Shown here: positions 21,601 to 30,600 of the stretch, one piece after another | Numbering within the stretch: the stretch's first letter is position 1 | How the letters are laid out: each line of letters opens with the position of its first letter | Assembly: GCA_042571645.1 (NCBI GenBank) | Contig: JBHPFW010000006.1 | Span: 4,131 to 68,130, forward strand | Source: Nanobdellota archaeon | GTDB taxonomy: Archaea > Nanobdellota > Nanobdellia > Woesearchaeales > JBHPFW01 | DNA: 64,000 nt | Reading direction: 5' to 3' | Made by a program: the position numbers and the translations under genes | Notes under the pieces: model-generated | Databases searched by the model: none | What the model saw: the letters and a program-made list of their open reading frames with translations, nothing else | Told to the model about the DNA's origin: nothing

Positions 21601-24600
21601 CTGGGATGATAAAGATCCAAGAGCTGGCAGCCAGAATAAAGGATCTACTGACAATATTTACTTCTATGCAAACTACACCAACTCAACAAGCAAAATACCA
21701 ATAGATGATAATACAGATGGCGGCTGGTGTAATATAACTATTAGTGATAATCCAGCAGATTCTTTTGCTATGAGTTATAATTCTTCAAATGGGTTATGGA
21801 ATCACAACAAAACCTTTGGAGCTGTGGGTTCTTATTCATGGAATGTAACCTGTAATGCAACAAATTATGAGAGCTTATATGCCATTGAGGCTATTTATGT
21901 TAATGCATTACCAACTCACAGCAGGCCATTGCTTATAGCATCTGATTATCCTGCTAACTCAACATATGCTAATTTGACTGTCTATAACCAATCAACTCAG
22001 GACAATGATGTTGGTTATGTGGCTAATATAATTAATTGGTTCAGAAATGGAAACTCATTAAATGTTTTGAACATGCCTTTTGAAGGAGGCTCAACTTCAG
22101 GTAATTCATCAGAAAATGGCACAGCAAGGGATTATTCAAATTACACAAATAATGGAATAGTAGTTAATGCTGCATGGAATAGAACTGCAGGCTATAATAA
22201 TTTTGGTGCTTATGAGTTTGATGGAGCAGGAGATTATATTGAACTGCCTCATTCATCTAGCCTGGATCTTACAGATGAAATAACAATATCTGTTTGGGTA
22301 AAATCAAATTCAGAAGGTTATGTTGTTGTTAAGGATCCTTATGAAACAGGACAGGCAATATATTATATAGAAAATGAAAGCTGTTCAGGTTGGGACGATG
22401 AAGGGTGCAACTCATATAATCCATATACTTATGAAGGCTTTTTAGGAAATAGTTCAGGTAGCACTCTTAAATGCAATTATACTGATACACTCCCAACAGA
22501 TGTAACAATAGATAGTATAGAAGTACAAGGTGCTATGGCGGCAAATTGTGCTCCAAATAATCCTATTAAATGGTGGTGGGGAAACACACTGATCGGACAA
22601 TTTGATGATACTGACGGCAGATGCGGCTGCAATCCTGATCCGCCTGCTATTATGAATTTCAGCCTCACTAATCCATCATATGATATCGGAGGTGAAAATT
22701 TTGTATACTTAAACAACTCTGGTAATTTTGCTAGTATTTTAGGAGGTTCTTATGCAGGATATAGTACAGGACAAATACTAAAAGTAACTGTGAACTATAC
22801 TGGCGGCAAGATAGTGCCGTTCTCTTTGAGCACAAGAAATGGCGGGGAGTTCTTCCTAAGAAACAATTCCTTCAAAGTTATTTCTACTAACAGCATAAAT
22901 GATGGTGATTGGCATCACTTGGCTGCTACTTATAATGGTTCAGAAATGAGATTGTATGTAGATGGGAAATTAAATGCAACTAGCACATCTTATTCTGGCA
23001 ATTTGCCAACAAATTCTGATCCAGTATGGATTGGCAGGCATTTTGATCCTAGAAACTTAACTGGATTTTTCAATGGCACTTTAGATGAAGTACAGATATA
23101 CCCTATAGCCTTATCTGCAGAACAAATTAAAGCCGTATATAATGATGGAACTTATGTAATAGTAAGCCAAGAAACATATGGTGGAGATACATGGAAAGCC
23201 TGCATAACAATAAATGATGGCTATACAGATGGTGCTACTAATTGCAGCAATGAAGTAACAATAGAAAACATAGCTCCTAATTTTACATTTACTAATATAA
23301 CTCCAAGTCCTGCTTACGCAAATGACACATTATTTGTAAATATAACGCCTCTAGATGAAGACAGCAGCACAATTACTGTTTGGATTAAATGGTTTGTCAA
23401 TGGCATTTTGAAATTCTGGGAGAGATTGACAGGAATATTTTCTGGACAGACTGTCCAGGCTAATCTTTCAAGCACTTATTTCAATAAGAGTGATAATGTA
23501 ACTGCAGAAGTTACTGTGGGTGACAATGTAGATAATGCTACAGCTCAAAATACTTCCGCTCTGACTATCGGAAATCTTGCTCCGTCTATTTCAGCTATTG
23601 GAATAAATTCAAGCAATAACTTAAATACATCAGCTGATACAATAACAGGATATTTTGTTTATAGTGATGCTGATTCAGATCTTCAGCAAAGCACAGAAAC
23701 AAAATGGTATATTGACGATTCATATGACTCTTCTTTTGATAATATTTTCGATATTGGGCCTGGAAACTTTACTAATACTCAACAAATTATATTCTCTGCA
23801 AGAGTTTCTGATGGAACTGCTTGGAGTAATTGGGCTAATTCATCAACTCTGGCAATAAGGAATAGTGCTCCATTCCAGGATAATCCATTACTGATATCTA
23901 TATTCGGAACAAATTTGACTACTGAGAATTTATCTGTGCAAAACATTTCAACACAAGATTATGATGGTGATAATGTTGAGAATATAATTAATTGGTATCT
24001 GAATGGCACTTCACTCACAACATTAAACCTGCCATTTGCTTCAAACCATTCTGCTGGAACAAATAAAACAAGGGATTATTCTGGCTATGGATTTAATGGC
24101 ACTGTTTATGGTGCTAATTGGAATCCCGGCAGATCAGGCTATTATGAATTTGATGGTGTAGATGATTATATTGAAACAAATGTTTCAGCTTTGAATAGTT
24201 CGATCTTTAGTATCGAATTATGGGCCAAATTTAATGATTATGAAGACAGAAGGCCTTTATTTGCTAAAGCAACCGCTTCAGACGATGTTTTAGCTATAGG
24301 TACAGACATTTTTGACGGAAGTACTAATATAGGACTTGGAATAAATAATGGTGGGTGGGATTATGTGGAATCCCAAACAAATCCAGTGCTGGGGCAATGG
24401 TATCATATAGTTGGAGTGCAGAACTCAACCTCGAAATTAATATATATTGATGGGGAATTGGAAAATACAGAATCAAATGTAATTCTTCCTGCAGGAAACA
24501 CAATTTTTATAGGCAAAAGGCGTTTCGGAGGAGCAATTCCAATAAACGGTTCTATTGCTGCTGTAAGAATATACAATAATTCTTTAACATCTGCTCAAAT

Positions 24601-27600
24601 CAAAGCATTATACAACAACAGAACAGATATGATTGTTTCTGAACAGACTTCTGATGGAGATATCTGGCAAGCATGCATGACTCCTAATGATGGTAGCATT
24701 GATGGAACTGAAAAATGCAGTAATAATATACTTGTATTGCCTCAAATTGGTGAGCAGCCTGTTGATACAGGATTTGGCGGAGGAAATACCACAAACTTTG
24801 ATACTGTTCCAAATTTATCAGATGTGGATACTGTGGTATTGCATAATGATAGTTATATGAAGCTTAATTGGACTAGTTCAGGATTAAATGTTTCTGGAGC
24901 AAACTTTTCTGAGACAGTTATATTTGGCGAAGGATGGGTTAATATTAATTTATCCACAATTAGTACTACTTTAAATTCCTCAGCTACAATTGAGTTGTAT
25001 AACCTGCCATTTGAAGAAACACCAATTGTTTATATTGATGGTGTGTTATGCACACAAGATTGTGATATTATTGGTTATTCTGGAACTACCTTGATTTTCA
25101 ATGTTAGCCACTTTACAAATTACAGCACAGGACCAAATTCTCAGCTAATGATTTGGGATGATACAGATCCAGAAGGAGGCAGCCAAAGCAAGATAATAAA
25201 TGACAGCATATTCTTTATTGCTAACTATACTAATGTAACCTCTGGCAAGTACATTGACAATGTGTCAAACAATGGCTGGTGTAATATTAGTTTCAGTTAT
25301 GATCCTATAGGTCCATTTGAGATGATATTTAATTACACAGGCAATAATACCTGGGCATATAACAGATCATTCAATGACAGTAATACTTATAATTGGAATG
25401 TCTCGTGTAATGCTACAAATTATGAATTATTTGAATTATCAGATCAAGTATATATCACTCCATTAGAAAACAGACCCCCAACTCATTCCAAGCCAATAAT
25501 AAGTTCAACTAATGGCTTTAATAGAACTACAGACAATATAACTGTTTATAATCAATCCACAAATGATCCTGATAGAAATAATTTAACTAATATTGTTGAC
25601 TGGAGAAAAGATGGAGGTACCTTTGCAATACTTAATGCTCCATTTGATACTAACAGTTCTAATGTTGTGAGAGATTATTCTAATAATGAGTCTAATTTAT
25701 CAGCATCTGCAGGAGTTCAATGGACACCAAATGGCTATATTGGAGGAGGTTATTATTTTGATGATATTGGTAATAATGATTATCTTAATTATTCCTTGAA
25801 TAAATATGATTTTGGATTTAGTGGATCTGATCAAATGACTGTCATGGCGTGGGTTTATGCTGACAGATTAGGAGGTGAGACTCATTATATTGTTGAAAAT
25901 GATGAAAATTGGATCTTTTATGTTAATGCTGATCGTAAAGTAGTTTTAACATTGATTTCATCTGGAGGAAGTTACTGGAATACTTACAGATGTGACTCAC
26001 CACTAGTACAAACAGGTAGGTGGTATCATATTACCGGAGTAGTTATAGATTCAACAAAAACAGGAACACAAAATGCAATGAAAATTTATTTTGATGGGCA
26101 AGAATGCATAACACCTTTTAAAAATCCTAACACTGGGTGGCAAAACTTAGGTAGTAAAGGATTAGCAATAGGTGCTAGATCTTTTATTGGTCTTTATGGA
26201 CAAAACTCTTGGAACGGAACAATCGATGAATTCAAGATATTCCCAACTGCTCTGACTGAAGAACAGATAAAAGCAATAGCTCAAAACAAAACAGACACAA
26301 TTGTCTCTCAAGAAACCTCTGTTGGAGATAAATGGCAGGCTTGTGTAACACCAAATGATGGAGAATATGATGGTTCAACCAAGTGCACTAATAATTTATC
26401 TGTTGTGTTAAGTCATGCTCCGACTCATTCTGAGCCAGTTCTTAATTCTACTTCAGGAAATGGCCTAAGTAGAGATAATCTTACTGTCTATAATGTTTCA
26501 ACCATTGACATTGAGCCAGACAATATTACAAATATCATTAACTGGAAAAAAGATGGCAGTAGTATTACTGTGTTGAATATGCCATTTGATTCTCCAGATA
26601 GTGCAGGTTCTGGAAAGACTAAGGATTATTCTGACAATGAAAATAATGGAACAAACTATGGCAGTATTGTTTGGTCTCCTGATGGATATTATGGCGGAGG
26701 ATATATTTTCGATGGAACAGATGATTATATTTATGTACCTAATACTAATAGCTTGACATCATTCCCTATTGGATTGACAGTTAGTGTTTGGGTTAAACAA
26801 ACTGGCAGTGATACAGGAGGAATTGTGTTATCAAGATGGGGTGTTAGTGGTGTTGAATCTGGTTATGGTCTTCACAGTAATGATAATTGGTATATGGGTG
26901 ATGGAACAAATTGGGGTTTTATTTCTGCAGGAAGGCTTAGAGACAGCAATTGGCATCATTATGTTCTTGTTTGGGATACTTCAACCATGACAAGTTACAG
27001 AGATGCAACTTATGTTGATTCAACCAATGCAGCTGGTGCTGTATTCAATAATCCTGGCAATAGCAGATTGGTAATTGGTGATGATAACAGGATAGCAAAT
27101 CCCGGTGCAAATATATTTAGTGGTCAGATAGATGAAGTAAGGATTTACAACAAAACATTATCAATAGAACAGATCAATGCTTTATACAATAACAGAACAG
27201 ATTTAATAGTAAGCCAGGAAACTTCTGTTGGAGATACTTGGCTGGCTTGTGTAACACCAAATGATGGTTTGGTAGATGGTGCAGAAAACTGCAGTAATAC
27301 AGTTAATATTATACTAAGCAATCCTCCAACACATTCAAAGCCAATAATAAATTCAACATCAGGATATAATAGAATAGAAGACAATCTAACTGTTATTAAT
27401 CAATCAACTGCAGATATTGATGGAGATGCAGTTAGAAATATTGTTAATTGGTATAGAAATGATTCTTCTATAATGGTTCTTAATATGCCGTTTGATTCAA
27501 ACAATAGTGCAGGAAGTGGCAAGACAAAGGATTATTCTGGTTATGGAAATAATGGCACTATTAATGGAGCAACTTGGACATCTAGTGGTTATACAGGTGG

Positions 27601-30600
27601 AGGTTATGATTTTGATGGAACTGAAGATTATATTGAAATACCAAATGATGCAAGCATAGATTTTTCAAACACAGATCCCTTCTCAATATCTGCATGGGTA
27701 AAAACCACTCAATATAGCGGAATGTTTGTAGCTAAAATAGATGGTTCGCCTTTTACAGGTTATGAATTTTTAGTATATGCTGACCAGCTGTCTGTTTGGT
27801 TGATAAATAATTATGGCGGTGGTAATTATTTATTTGTTCAGGAAACAGGGACAGGAGCAGTAAATGATGGAAATTGGCATCATGTTACAATGACTTATAA
27901 TGGTTCAAGCTCTGCTTCAGGTGTTAAGTTATATGTTGATGGAAGCAAAATAACAACGACTACTGAGGTGGATAGTTTATCTGCTTCAATCTCAAGTACA
28001 ACTCCCGTGAGAATAGGAGAAAGAGGAGATAATGAGCTTGATTATAATGGATTAATAGACGAAGTACTGATCTACAACCATACATTAACACCACAACAAA
28101 TTAAAGCAGTATACAACAACCGCACAGACTTAATTGTTTCTAATGAGACTTATCTGAATGATATCTGGAAAGCCTGCATTACTCCAACTGATGGTTTTGT
28201 TGATGGTGCTACCAATTGCAGTGACTCTGTGACAGTAGTTGATAATTTCCCGCCAACTCATTCACAGCCAATCCTAAACTCAACATTAGGAACAAACAAA
28301 ACAGATGAAGATTTAACTGTTTATAATAGATCTACATCTGATTTAGACAATGACCCTGTTACTAATATTATTGATTGGTATGTAAATAGCATAAACCAGC
28401 CAAGTCTCAAGAACCAATGGACAATAAATTCAGCAACTACCAGCAAAGGCCAGAGTTGGTATGCGTGCATAACACCAAATGATGGAACAATTAATGGATC
28501 AATAAATTGCAGTAACACATTAACAATAGAAAATACTGGCCCTGGATATACATTCACCAATATAACACCAGAAACAGCATACACTAATGACACATTGTCT
28601 GTTAATGTAACACCAACAGATATTGATAGTGATACTTTGACAGTTTGGATTAAATGGTTTGTCAATGGTATACTCAAATTCTGGGAGAAAATCACAGGAA
28701 TAATCTCTGGCTCTATAGTACAGCTAAATCTCTCAAGCAGCAACTTCACCAAAGGCGATAATGTAACTGCAGAAGTTACAATAGGTGATGCTGATGTAAA
28801 TCTTACTCCAACAAATACTTCAACAATAAGTATATTGAATTCTCTGCCTACGCATCAATTGCCATTCCTTAATTCAACAACACTATTGAACAGAACAGAT
28901 GAAAACTTGACTGTTTACAACAGATCAACTACAGATCCAGATGGAGACGAAATAAAAAACATCATTAATTGGAAACTCAACTCTAACAGTTTTGCAGAAT
29001 TGAATCTTCCATTTGAAGGAGGCAGTAATTCCACATATACAAAAGATTATGCACAAGACACAACAATATTAGTAAATAGTGCAACTTGGAATGCAGCAGG
29101 AGGTTATGATAATAATGGCGGTTATGAATTTGATGGTGCAGATGATTACATTGCTTTAGATATGAACTATAGTTCTGCTGGTGAAATCTCTGAACTTACG
29201 GTTTGTGCTTGGTATAAAACAGAGTATGCAGGCCTTGAGTGGAATGCCAATGGTGCTTTAGTTGATTTTGATAATACTGAATATTATGGCTTATTTGTAA
29301 ATGGTGTTAATGGAAATATTGTCTTCAGAACAACAAGCTCTACAGGTTATTCTAATTCCACAGTTGGTGCAACAAATACAAATGACGGCAGCTGGCATTT
29401 TGCCTGTGGAGTATTTGACAGTTCAGAAGAATATGATAAGAAAGTTTATTATGATGGTGCGCTTGGCAGCCAGCAAAATAATTATCCAACTGGTGTAAAT
29501 CTCGGAACCGGTACAACAAGATTTGGTTTTATTGGAGACACTTCAGAAGCAGTTTCATTTGACGGCATTAAAGGCAGCAAATATTTCAACGGCTCAATCG
29601 ATGAAGTAATGATTTATCACAAAGCTTTGTCTGCTGAGCAAATAAAAACTTTATACAACAGCAGAACTGATTTAATAGTATCTCAGGAAACTGCTGCTTA
29701 TGATGTATGGCAATCATGCATAACACCAAATGATGGCACAGCAGACAGCACAACATTATGCAGTAATGAAATAACTGTATGGGATATTCCTCCTGAAATC
29801 CATAATGTAACTATGAACTCAACTGACCATTTGAACAGAACAAATGCAACATTAAATGGATATTTTGATTATTATGAGCCATCAGGAGCATTGCAGCAGG
29901 AAAATGAAACTAAATGGTATAAGAATAATGCAGAGGTTTCTGCTTTAGCTAATAAAACAATCATCAGTCCAAGCAACACAACAAAAGGAGAAATATGGAA
30001 GTTCGGTGCAAGAGTTTATGATGGAACATCATGGAGTACATGGGATAATTCCTCGGAGTTGACAATTAATAATGCACTCCCGACTCAATCTTCACCATTG
30101 CTAAGTTCAAGCTCTGGAACAAACACTCCAACTGAGAACTTGACAGTTTATAATCAAAGCACTATTGATATTGATGGAGACACAGTAACAAATTATATTG
30201 ATTGGTATCTTGATGGAGTTTATAATTCAACCTTTGATGATAACAATACAATAAACTCTAACTATACAATACTTGGCCAAATTTGGAAAGCCTGCATAAC
30301 CCCGTATGATGGAACAATAAACGGAACAAAATTATGCAGTGCAAATTTAACAATAATTCCTCCTGCTCCTGCTCGTGTTGGTGGAGCTGCCGGTGGTGGT
30401 GGAGCTCCACCTATACCAGAATCTTGTTATGATGGTGTACAAAATAATGGAGAATCTGGAGTAGATTGTGGAGGAAAATGTCCAAGATGCCCATCATGTT
30501 CTGATGGAAAGATGAATTGTCATGACGACAAATGTGAAGAAGGCACAGACTGTGGAGGTCCGTGTGCTGTTGGTTGTGGACCAGCACCAAGATGTAATGA

